64,000 bases of DNA, from positions 44,144 to 108,143 of IMG/VR virus record IMGVR_UViG_3300025168_000038. The stretch is one strand, 5' to 3'. Position numbers and translations under genes: made by a program. The notes beneath the pieces were generated by a model. It saw only the letters and a list, made by a program, of their open reading frames with translations. It was not told the origin of the DNA and searched no databases. The DNA comes from a virus. This document shows positions 51,724 to 60,800 of the stretch, one piece after another (position 1 is the stretch's first letter; each line of letters starts with the position of its first letter).

Positions 51724-52290
51724 TTATGTTTCAAATTCATTATAATATTTTAATTGTTCATTGGTCTCTTCAAGATTAGGATCATATAAATGAGCAACTC
51801 TGTATTTATTTTGCATAATAACATACTGTGTCCATTTTTTTGGATATTCTTTAGCTACTGTTCTTTTAAAATCTCTACATGCTACAAAGTGCCAAAGCTC
51901 TCTGTTTTTAAATCTATATTTAGTAGACCAGTTTGTATAAAATATTTTTCCTATATTTCCATCTGTTTCCCAATTTTTGTTTTGCAAGACCTTTCCATAT
52001 TTTTGTGATAGAGCATAATTAGTATTTACCGTTTTAGATGATGGACATGTTCCTATAAATAAGAAGCCCAGTGAATCAGGTAATTCTACTCCATCTCTAT
52101 TCTCTACAACTGCCTTCCATAATTTAATATTATATGTTTTTATTATTTGTTTTAATTTACTATTATCTATTTTAGAATACAAAGGTTTTTTATCTTTGAA
52201 TTCTTTTATTGTTTCATAATTTAACAACCCCAATCTTTTCTCCCTATATCTTGGAGCATTCAAATTTGGTTTTTTAAAATTGTTGATCAT
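51724..52290 (-). CDS. IHF/HU-like protein (crAss IHF-like family)
   Basis: GVELPDSLGFLFI resembles the HU/IHF beta-arm; W(H)FVACRDFKR; position upstream of the ring genes. Confidence 0.55.
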   Translation of the reverse strand: MINNFKKPNLNAPRYREKRLGLLNYETIKEFKDKKPLYSKIDNSKLKQIIKTYNIKLWKAVVENRDGVELPDSLGFLFIGTCPSSKTVNTNYALSQKYGKVLQNKNWETDGNIGKIFYTNWSTKYRFKNRELWHFVACRDFKRTVAKEYPKKWTQYVIMQNKYRVAHLYDPNLEETNEQLKYYNEFET

Positions 52291-52300
52291 ATAGTTATAT

Positions 52301-52316
52301 TTATAATTTACAAAAA
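52301..52316 (-). promoter_or_regulatory. Variant phage promoter motif
   Basis: TTATAATTTACAAAAA upstream of the IHF-like gene. Confidence 0.45.
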
Positions 52317-52349
52317 AAACCCCACTTTATGAAATTAAAAGTAAGGTCT

Positions 52350-53573
52350 TTACAAAGCTTGGTAAGTTAATTCACATATATTACCCATCAGAGGGTGTTG
52401 AATTTCTAATTTACCAGATCTTCTATTTCCAACAAACTTATTACTATAATGATAATAGTCTGTTTTACCTAGACTTGGTAATGTCTTTTCTATAAAACCT
52501 GCTGTCTCATTAGATGTCATATATTCTACTTTTCTATCTGTATGTATATGACCTTTAAATAATGTTCTGTTTATAGTGTTACCCCATTGCTTAGGATATT
52601 CTGATGCATATATTAAAGGGTTGTTTTTACTACGTTTATCACCATGTTCAAATGCATTAAAGTTATTATACCATACTTGAACTTTTCTTTCTTCATATTT
52701 TATATCCCATGTTATCTCTTTAGATATTATAGATTTTGAAAGAGCATGTACTAAATGATAAGAAGATAATCTATCATGATTACCTGGTACATATACCACA
52801 ACTAAATTCTTGCAGTTTTGTTTAATATAATTAATTGCCCAATGCATTGCATCAAATGCTTGCATATAAGCCTCTGTAGCAGTCATACAGTTATCTAAAG
52901 CAGTACCACTAGTAGTAGACCCTTCAAATGTATCCATGTTGATTAGATCACCTCCTACAACAAAATACATAGTTTCAATATAATGAACTGGTACAGCTCT
53001 ACTTATTAAATTTACAACAGTATCTTCAAAGTCTTTGTCTATTGTTTCATTACCCTGCTTACCAAAATGGATATCTTGTAATGACATAACTCCACAATGA
53101 GGATTATCATTTTTAATTTTGCTTAAGTTAACTTTAGGAACCTTATATGATTTAGGCACCCAATTTTCTAATAACTCTTTAAATAACTTTTCTTCTGGAT
53201 GTTTTACTTGAGATACTAATGCAGAAACTCTCCAATGGTCTCCCATTTGTTTATTCCAATATTGAGATAGTTTCCATTTTGATGTATCTATTTTTAATAA
53301 ATTTATAATTTCTTCAGCACTTTTTGGTTCATGATCAAAGGTTCCAGATATTGTTCCTTCACCCTTTTCTAAATTTATAGACTCAACTAATTGTGCTTTA
53401 CCTGCGGCTTTGTCAAAGAATTTAAGTTTTTTTCTTTCTGATTTTCTTTCTTGAAGTATTTCTTTTTTAACTTTAATATATTGCTTCTCAGTAATGTTTA
53501 GTTTTTCTGCACATATACGTGGATGCTTTTTCCATTTTAATGATTGAATAATTTTTTGCTTTAAATTGCTCAT
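52350..53573 (-). CDS. Calcineurin-like metallophosphoesterase with N-terminal helical/HTH-like region
   Basis: DIH, GGD, GNHD, EHGD, GHIH motifs in canonical order. Confidence 0.85.
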   Translation of the reverse strand: MSNLKQKIIQSLKWKKHPRICAEKLNITEKQYIKVKKEILQERKSERKKLKFFDKAAGKAQLVESINLEKGEGTISGTFDHEPKSAEEIINLLKIDTSKWKLSQYWNKQMGDHWRVSALVSQVKHPEEKLFKELLENWVPKSYKVPKVNLSKIKNDNPHCGVMSLQDIHFGKQGNETIDKDFEDTVVNLISRAVPVHYIETMYFVVGGDLINMDTFEGSTTSGTALDNCMTATEAYMQAFDAMHWAINYIKQNCKNLVVVYVPGNHDRLSSYHLVHALSKSIISKEITWDIKYEERKVQVWYNNFNAFEHGDKRSKNNPLIYASEYPKQWGNTINRTLFKGHIHTDRKVEYMTSNETAGFIEKTLPSLGKTDYYHYSNKFVGNRRSGKLEIQHPLMGNICELTYQAL

Positions 53574-53596
53574 AAATTTTTTTTAGTAAATATAAG

Positions 53597-53630
53597 AAAA
53601 AAAAAGAGACTGGATTTAAAACCAGTCTCT
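53597..53630 (-). terminator. Intrinsic terminator
   Basis: AGAGACTGG-atttaaaa-CCAGTCTCT perfect 9-bp stem; the plus-strand A-run at 53597-53604 gives a U-tract on the minus strand, downstream of the 186-aa gene. Confidence 0.75.
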
Positions 53631-53680
53631 CCCAACGTTTGCAGTAGAAAACCAACAAACCACTACTTGCTGTTGTTGTA

Positions 53681-54241
53681 TTATGCTGCCAGTGTAGAAA
53701 ACAATATTTCTAGTGGCTTACAATTAGCACTATTACCATTATCTACTACTTTTACTTTATATGCTGTACTAGCAGTTAAATTACTTATAGTATAATTATT
53801 TATAGTTGTTACAACAGGAGTTGTATTTTGAAGTACCCAACCTCCTGGTGCAATTTGTGTATCTATATATATATTTAAACCAGTACTTGAACTCCATACA
53901 CCATCCCATAAGACTGATGCTGTTGAACTAGTTATGACTCCTGCATATACATTATATGGATCATGTTGTAAATCACTTGATGTACAAGCACCTAATCCGT
54001 TTGATAAGATCATAGCATATTTTTGTATAATTGAATCTAATCTTTCTCCTTTTGTTATAGTTATTCTTGCTGATGCATCACCTATTTGAAAAGAAGTTCC
54101 ACAATAGCTTACGCATTCAGCACATTGTATATCATCACATCTTTCACTACCTACACTACAATCAGTATAAGTACATGCGTTAGTTAATGCTGTATCAGCA
54201 CACCCACATTGAGAACTACATTTTGTACAATTACATGCCAT
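53681..54241 (-). CDS. Cys-rich protein with C-terminal fibronectin type III domain
   Basis: Many Cys in N-half; YTISNLTASTAYKVKV FN3 signature. Confidence 0.7.
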   Translation of the reverse strand: MACNCTKCSSQCGCADTALTNACTYTDCSVGSERCDDIQCAECVSYCGTSFQIGDASARITITKGERLDSIIQKYAMILSNGLGACTSSDLQHDPYNVYAGVITSSTASVLWDGVWSSSTGLNIYIDTQIAPGGWVLQNTTPVVTTINNYTISNLTASTAYKVKVVDNGNSANCKPLEILFSTLAA

Positions 54242-54258
54242 TTTTTTTCTTTTTTAAT

Positions 54259-56499
54259 TTATGAGCAACTTGTTACTATTAGGTTATTAATTTGTGATCC
54301 ATTAACCACATTAAAGTAACCTCCTGAAGTTTGTGTTGCTAACTCTCTCCATGGATAAATTACTGTTCCGTTAATAGTTCCACTTAAATCAACTCCAGCT
54401 CCAACAACAATATATTTAATTCCTTGATTATTTGCATTTGCAATTGTTTGTTGAATTCCTGACCATGTAGTTTGATTAAATGCTTGTGATGTACCACCTG
54501 GTAATCTATCAGTTGTAATTACTACAAACTTAGCAACGCCAGATCTAAATGCTCCTGCAAGAACACTACCACCTGTTACAAGGCTAGAAGTATAATCAGT
54601 TGGACTATTTGTTGTTCCAATACCAACTCCCATATTAACACATGTTCCATTTACTTGTCCTCTAAGTTTAGCTAATTGAGATGTAAATGTTGCTCCATTA
54701 TCATTTTGGAACATTTCCCATGCTGTAGCAACTTGATATGAACCAGTTGATCCAACAAGATTTAATTTTTGTGCTGTAGGTAAATTTGTATAATCTGTAC
54801 AAGAATTATAAGCAGGTGTTGTAGCAGTTGTTTGATCAGAAGTTACTAATGCCATTCTATAAACATTAGAACCAGATGATGCATTAATTTGATTTACCAT
54901 ACTTGTTACATCATTTTGTAAAGCTGCAACATTAGTAGAATTAGTAGATGTATAGTCTACTACAAATGCTACATCCATACCTGCATTACATGCTATTGAT
55001 GCTGCAGCAGTATTAAATGGTACTGATGTACATATTTCTGATGCACCACCAAATGTAGTTGTTACTCTTACATTATATGGTGTATTAGCTGTTAAGCCAG
55101 TAAAGTTATGTGAAACTGTACCTGTTGGGTTATTTTGTGTATATGTTGCTACAATAACATTTCCTGCACCTAATATGTCAATTTTGTATACTGCTGTAGA
55201 TCCTAATAATTGTGTGAAAGATACTGTTGCCAATGTTGAAGTTATTGCGGTTACATTAATTAATGATGGACAAGGTACAATACCTTTTATAGATGATGAT
55301 TGTTGAGTGTCACATGTATCTACACCGTTTGTAAATCCATAGTGCAAGTCTACAGATAAATTTTGTGCAGTGTTTAATGCTGATACAGATATATCTACTC
55401 CAGCACTATTATTTTGTAATGTGCTTACATTAACTGTTGATTGAGCAACTACTCCTGCTACATCTGTTATTTTTATTATACTAAATCCTGAAGCGTCATT
55501 AAAACCACTTGGTACAGTAGATGTTTGAAAATTAAAATTAACACTTGTAATCAATCCAGTTGATGATATTATATTAGTAGTTGTATATCCATATACTATA
55601 CTCTCACATCCTGATGGACAACAATTTGTTTGTATAGATGCTATTGCTGCATAAAGATCATCCATCACTATCCATGAATTTTGAATAGACTGAGCTAAAG
55701 TTGTAACTGAAGCGTTCCATCCACCTAAAGCACCATAAGCTGCATTATTTCCTGATAGAGATAATGTAGATGATGTAATAGTAGTTTGACCTATTGCTAG
55801 ATTAATAGCAGCTGGTAAACCTACTGCAGTTTCTAATGCACAGAAACGTACTTCCAAAGCTAATAATAAAACTGATACATCTGTAAGTACTCCTACATTT
55901 ATAATGCATGTTGGTACTACTTGCTTTTCTACTACTGCAGAAGAACACGGTAATACACATGCTTCTAATATATCTAATCTACTACTATAACTTGTAAGTG
56001 TGGTATTAATTACTTGTATGCTTGCTAAATTTGTACATACCTGTTGAGATATTAATGTAGCAAATAAATCTAAACGTAAAGTTGTTACTGGATTACCAAG
56101 AGAATCATTGTACTGCAAACATGCAGGTAATGTCATAATTGGTAAATTATCCTGTACTTGAGATCTAGTAGACGCAGAACTAGAACTATTAGGAACTTGT
56201 CCTGATCCAGTGTTAGCACATATTTGTACTACCATTGCTTGTAGAACTGGAACTAAATCTGTTGGAGTTATACCAGGAATATTTAAACAAGTTAAATCTA
56301 AACCAGTTAATGAAGGGTTTGAAGTTACACCATCAGTAATAAGCTTACATACTTTTGTTGCTAACTTATGTGTAACATCAGTAATTGTATCACCGGTGCA
56401 TAAGTCTATACATGTGATATCTGGTCCTTGCCAGACTACACAATTAGATGAAATATTATCACATCCATTTGTGGTACCGCTTGAATTTGTTGGGATCAT
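54259..56499 (-). CDS. Cys-rich coiled-coil protein with FN3 and VWA domains
   Basis: FTGLTANTPYNVRV (FN3); MDVAFVVDYTST ... FVVITTD (VWA). Confidence 0.7.
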   Translation of the reverse strand: MIPTNSSGTTNGCDNISSNCVVWQGPDITCIDLCTGDTITDVTHKLATKVCKLITDGVTSNPSLTGLDLTCLNIPGITPTDLVPVLQAMVVQICANTGSGQVPNSSSSASTRSQVQDNLPIMTLPACLQYNDSLGNPVTTLRLDLFATLISQQVCTNLASIQVINTTLTSYSSRLDILEACVLPCSSAVVEKQVVPTCIINVGVLTDVSVLLLALEVRFCALETAVGLPAAINLAIGQTTITSSTLSLSGNNAAYGALGGWNASVTTLAQSIQNSWIVMDDLYAAIASIQTNCCPSGCESIVYGYTTTNIISSTGLITSVNFNFQTSTVPSGFNDASGFSIIKITDVAGVVAQSTVNVSTLQNNSAGVDISVSALNTAQNLSVDLHYGFTNGVDTCDTQQSSSIKGIVPCPSLINVTAITSTLATVSFTQLLGSTAVYKIDILGAGNVIVATYTQNNPTGTVSHNFTGLTANTPYNVRVTTTFGGASEICTSVPFNTAAASIACNAGMDVAFVVDYTSTNSTNVAALQNDVTSMVNQINASSGSNVYRMALVTSDQTTATTPAYNSCTDYTNLPTAQKLNLVGSTGSYQVATAWEMFQNDNGATFTSQLAKLRGQVNGTCVNMGVGIGTTNSPTDYTSSLVTGGSVLAGAFRSGVAKFVVITTDRLPGGTSQAFNQTTWSGIQQTIANANNQGIKYIVVGAGVDLSGTINGTVIYPWRELATQTSGGYFNVVNGSQINNLIVTSCS

Positions 56500-56545
56500 A
56501 AATGTTCTTTTTACTGTAACGTGTTAGCTTCTTACTACTATACAG

Positions 56546-56561
56546 TAATAATATACAAAAT
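56546..56561 (-). promoter_or_regulatory. Phage promoter motif, third exact copy
   Basis: TAATAATATACAAAAT upstream of the 746-aa gene. Confidence 0.6.
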
Positions 56562-56626
56562 TTTTTAAAACCAAACAAGTTAATGTAAGGTTTTAAAAAA
56601 TCTTATAAAACAAATATGAAAGGGTA

Positions 56627-56899
56627 TTATACTTTTGCTAATTCAGCAACTTCTTCTTCTTCTTTTATTTCTGAAATAACTCCGTCTTCTAAACTAATGT
56701 TGACGTTACCATATTTTTTTTCTAGTTTGCCAGTTTCTTTTTTCCACTCTTTTTGTAATTCTACATGAGATGAAGTTAATTGATTTTGTACAATTACTGC
56801 ATTACCTAAATTCATAACAACAGTATTGATACGTTGTTGTAAATCTCTAATGCCTTCTAGTTCTTTATCAGAAACTTTTTTTGCTTTTGATTTTGCCAT
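56627..56899 (-). CDS. Coiled-coil hypothetical protein (90 aa)
   Basis: LEKKYGNVNISLEDG motif; preceded by minus-strand TATCTTTG (TAnnTTTG) near 56930-56937. Confidence 0.7.
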   Translation of the reverse strand: MAKSKAKKVSDKELEGIRDLQQRINTVVMNLGNAVIVQNQLTSSHVELQKEWKKETGKLEKKYGNVNISLEDGVISEIKEEEEVAELAKV

Positions 56900-56949
56900 T
56901 TTAATATTGGTTTTAAATAATTATATAAACAAAGATAATAATAAAATTT

Positions 56950-57450
56950 TTATTTCCAAGGCAGTTTAGTAATTATTTTATATTCTGGCATCAATTCTTT
57001 CTTTATTGTCTGACGCATATCTAGAACATAACCACTTCTAACATTATTTATTAAATGTTTTATTACCTCTTGTTTATTGATTGAGTTAAAGTCTTTGCTA
57101 AATACAGGATCATTATCATTCTCTTTAATTACATATACACCTTGTACACTACTACTACCAGGTTTATAATTATCTTTTTGTGATTTAGGAATAACCATTG
57201 TTCCTTTATATACAAAAAGTATTTCTTCTACAAGATTTTTATGATCAACCTTTAATGACTCAACACTAAAACTATATCTTATAAATGGTTTTTCTTTTTT
57301 TCTTAATTCTACTATCCTAGTCTTTTCTGCTTCTTCTTTAATAAATATACTTTTAATTTTATCTATAAAAGATTTCTTTACAGGCTTTGTAACTTTCTTT
57401 TTTACAACTTTTTTAGTTGCAGCTGGTTTTTTTGTTTGTTTCTTTTTCAT
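56950..57450 (-). CDS. Hypothetical fibre-associated protein with Lys-rich N-terminus
   Basis: 166-aa operonic ORF. Confidence 0.6.
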   Translation of the reverse strand: MKKKQTKKPAATKKVVKKKVTKPVKKSFIDKIKSIFIKEEAEKTRIVELRKKEKPFIRYSFSVESLKVDHKNLVEEILFVYKGTMVIPKSQKDNYKPGSSSVQGVYVIKENDNDPVFSKDFNSINKQEVIKHLINNVRSGYVLDMRQTIKKELMPEYKIITKLPWK

Positions 57451-57461
57451 GATTTATATTA

Positions 57462-57893
57462 TTATGGGCATTCTTCTGGAGTAAATGTACACGTCTTAGC
57501 ATTATGATAACCATAAAAGCCAATCTGATCATAGTAATAGCCAACTGGTGCACACGTTGTACAAGTGTTGTTAGTATATAATGCAGTAGCATTTTCAGTA
57601 CTTGTAGCATTCATATACCTAGTTACATTAGTTTCTCCTTGTTCACAATATTCATCTGGGTCATTTTCTCCAGTAAAGTAAAATGTTTGTGCTTGACATA
57701 CCGCACCACCTCCTGCACTCTTACCATAAAAGTCTTGTATTGAAATTGTACCTGATGATACATTTGCTAATGTTCTAAAGTTAGTTTGATTTAAACTAGA
57801 ATTAGCATTTTGTGCTAAACTAAGTTCTAAATTAATAGATCTGTCCGTAGCAGTACCTCCTATTGATAATGATCCGCTAGTTACTAATGTCAT
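57462..57893 (-). CDS. Putative fibre-tip adhesin
   Basis: MTLVTSGSLS...SGTISIQDFYGKS N-domain followed by Gly linker and Cys/Tyr-rich C-domain; overlaps the fibre gene end by 17 nt. Confidence 0.55.
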   Translation of the reverse strand: MTLVTSGSLSIGGTATDRSINLELSLAQNANSSLNQTNFRTLANVSSGTISIQDFYGKSAGGGAVCQAQTFYFTGENDPDEYCEQGETNVTRYMNATSTENATALYTNNTCTTCAPVGYYYDQIGFYGYHNAKTCTFTPEECP

Positions 57894-60800
57894 TTATCTG
57901 TGCTTTAAGTTCATCTATTTGTTTCTGTTGATCTTTTACTGCTTCAATAAGATAACCAACAAGGTTACCATATGCTACAGATTTCATACCATCTTCCTTC
58001 TCATTAGTCATTACTAATTCAGGTGCAACTTTTTCAAGCTCTTGTGCAATAACACCAGAACCAGCTTTACCATCTTTAGTGTATGAGACACCTCTCATAT
58101 CTAAAACTTTAGAACCATCTAAAGTTTCTATATCATCTTTTAATCTTTCATCAGAGAATGCAGTAATATTACCAGTAGCTGTAAAGTTTCCACCGTCAGC
58201 ATCAAAAGTAAATCTTGTAGCATTACCACTATTTCCATCTCTTATTTTAAAGTCTTCTCCATTGTTTATATCCATAAACATATCAGAACCACTAAAAAAC
58301 ATTTCTATATCATCACCAGTTCCAAAACGTAATATATCATTATCAGCTAAATCAATGGCCCCCCTAACATTTAATGTATTAGTAACAGTTAAATTAGAAA
58401 AGCTACTTGTACCTGTTTGTAAAAAAGGTAGATCATTTAGTGTATATTTAACTGTTGCTCCTGTACCACTTGAAGATGTAGAAATTAATAATTCATCATC
58501 TACATCAGGAGTACCTGAACCACCTGGTGCATCATTAATTAATCCTGACGTACCATAGTCTACTGCTAAAGACACAGATCCACTTGCACCACCGCCTGTC
58601 AATCCACTTCCTGCAGATACATTAGTTATATCTCCAACACTAGTTGTATAACCAGCTCCGTTAGTTAGTTGGTTATTATTAGTAATAGTACAATTCAAAG
58701 TTACTGAACCTGAGCTTCCCCCACCTGACATACCTGTTCCTGCACTAACATTTGTAATATCTCCAGAATTATTTGTAAATGGTAAATTACTTATAGTTGA
58801 TTTAGCAACATTAGTTGTAGATGCACTACTAACAAGTATTTGATCTGAAGTACTTAGCGTACCTGTAGCTGTGTTAGGTGCATCTAATATAATATTATCA
58901 CTTCCTACATAATCAACAGCAACAGAAACACTTCCTGAACTACCACCACCAGTTAAACCATCACCTGCACTTACATTAGTTATGTCACCATTATTATTAG
59001 TAAATGGTAAATCAGATACATTTCCATATTGTATATCATTATTACTTACGTCACTATATATTATCTTATCTGTTGTTGCTATAGCTGAACCAGTAGCATC
59101 TACACTAGCCAATATGAAATTATCTGTACCAGCATAATCCATTGTAACTGTTATAGTTTCATTGCTTGATTGATTTGTTGTAAAATTACCTGAAGCACCA
59201 GAGTTTATACGTATACCATCAGCACCTGCAATTGTTATAGTTGCATTATTAGCATTTACTACACCTAAATTACTTCGTGCACCAGATGCAGTACTAGATC
59301 CTGTACCACCATTTGCCACAGAGAGATCAGTACCTGACCAATCTGAATTACTAATAGAAAGTGTACCACCTAACGTTACTGTACCAGTTGATGTAATTGT
59401 TCCACCTGATAGTGTTAAACCATTTACTGATCCTGACGTAGCTACACTTGTAACACCTGAAACAACTGAACTTGAAGCTGCCCCTATAAAAGTTCTAATA
59501 GCAGAAGGACTACTACAGTATCTTGTATAATTATCTGAGCTATTGTTAACTCTAAAAGCAATTGCTCCAGATATAGTACTTTGATTTGCGTAATTAGCTC
59601 TAAGTAATCTAACATTAAGATCTGCAGATGAATCTCTATAAGCAATAGTACTTGCTGTTGCAGCAGTTGTTGCGTTTGAAGTTACTGTAAATGTAGTGTT
59701 ACCACTTTGATTTGCAGTAGCATCCATAGAACCGCTTAATCCATTACCACTTGTTCTTCCGTCAATTTGACCATTACCAACTGATGAAGAAGTTATGTAG
59801 TTAGCATCATTTTCAAATGTAGAATTACTAATATTACCAGCTGCAATTTTAAATTGACTACCAGAACTATTTACAACTGCAAAAAAATCTGCATTACCAC
59901 CAGTTGCTGTTGTTGCTAATCCATTTAAATTTAAAGATAGAGTACCCGTAGATGTAATAGTTCCACCAGTTAAACCTGTACTAGTTGCTACTGAAGTAAC
60001 ACCAGCACTTGAACTTGTACCAGCACCTATAAGACTTCTTACCTCTGCTGCAGTAATACCACTAGCTAAAGATGGTGTAGATCCATTTGTTGTTATAGCT
60101 GGTAAAGGACCATCATAATTTAATGTAATAGTTTCATTTGCAGTACTTACAACAGAACTAATATTTGTACCTCCTATTATACCAACTGTTTGTCCATTTG
60201 ATATAGTAAAAGTAGTTCCTTGACCAGAAGCTAAATTACTTACACCAAAACCTGTCATAGTACCACTACCTGTGCCAGCTCCAATTAAACTTCTTACTTC
60301 TGCAGCTGAAATTCCACTATTTAAACTTGGTGAAGAACCATTACTTAATATAGCTGGAGTACCAGTATCATTAACAACTCCTAAGTTACTTCTAGCTCCT
60401 GATGCTGTGCTTGAACCTGTTCCTCCATTAGCAACTGATAAGTCTGTTCCAGACCAATCACCGTTGTTAATTGAAAGTGTCCCTCCTAAAGTAACAGTAC
60501 CTGTAGATGTTATTGTACCTCCACTCAAAGTTAATCCATTTACACTACCAGATGTTCCAACAGATGTAACTCCAGCAGAAGAGCTTGTTCCCGCTCCTAT
60601 GAGACTTCTTATTTCTGCTCCAGTTACACCAGATGCTAAAGTAGGAGTTCCACCACCGCTAAATATACCTGGTTCTGCAAAAGATGTAAAACCAGAATTA
60701 TTGTTAAATATACTTAATGGTATAGATGAAATTGTACTTTTTCTTTCCGCATTACCATCTAATGATATTAAATGATCTGTTCCAACTAGAGTTCCTGAAT

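Noticed and set aside
53633-53678. Possible structured ncRNA (GCAGTAG...CTACTTGC)
   Set aside because: Pairing is weak and interrupted; insufficient support.
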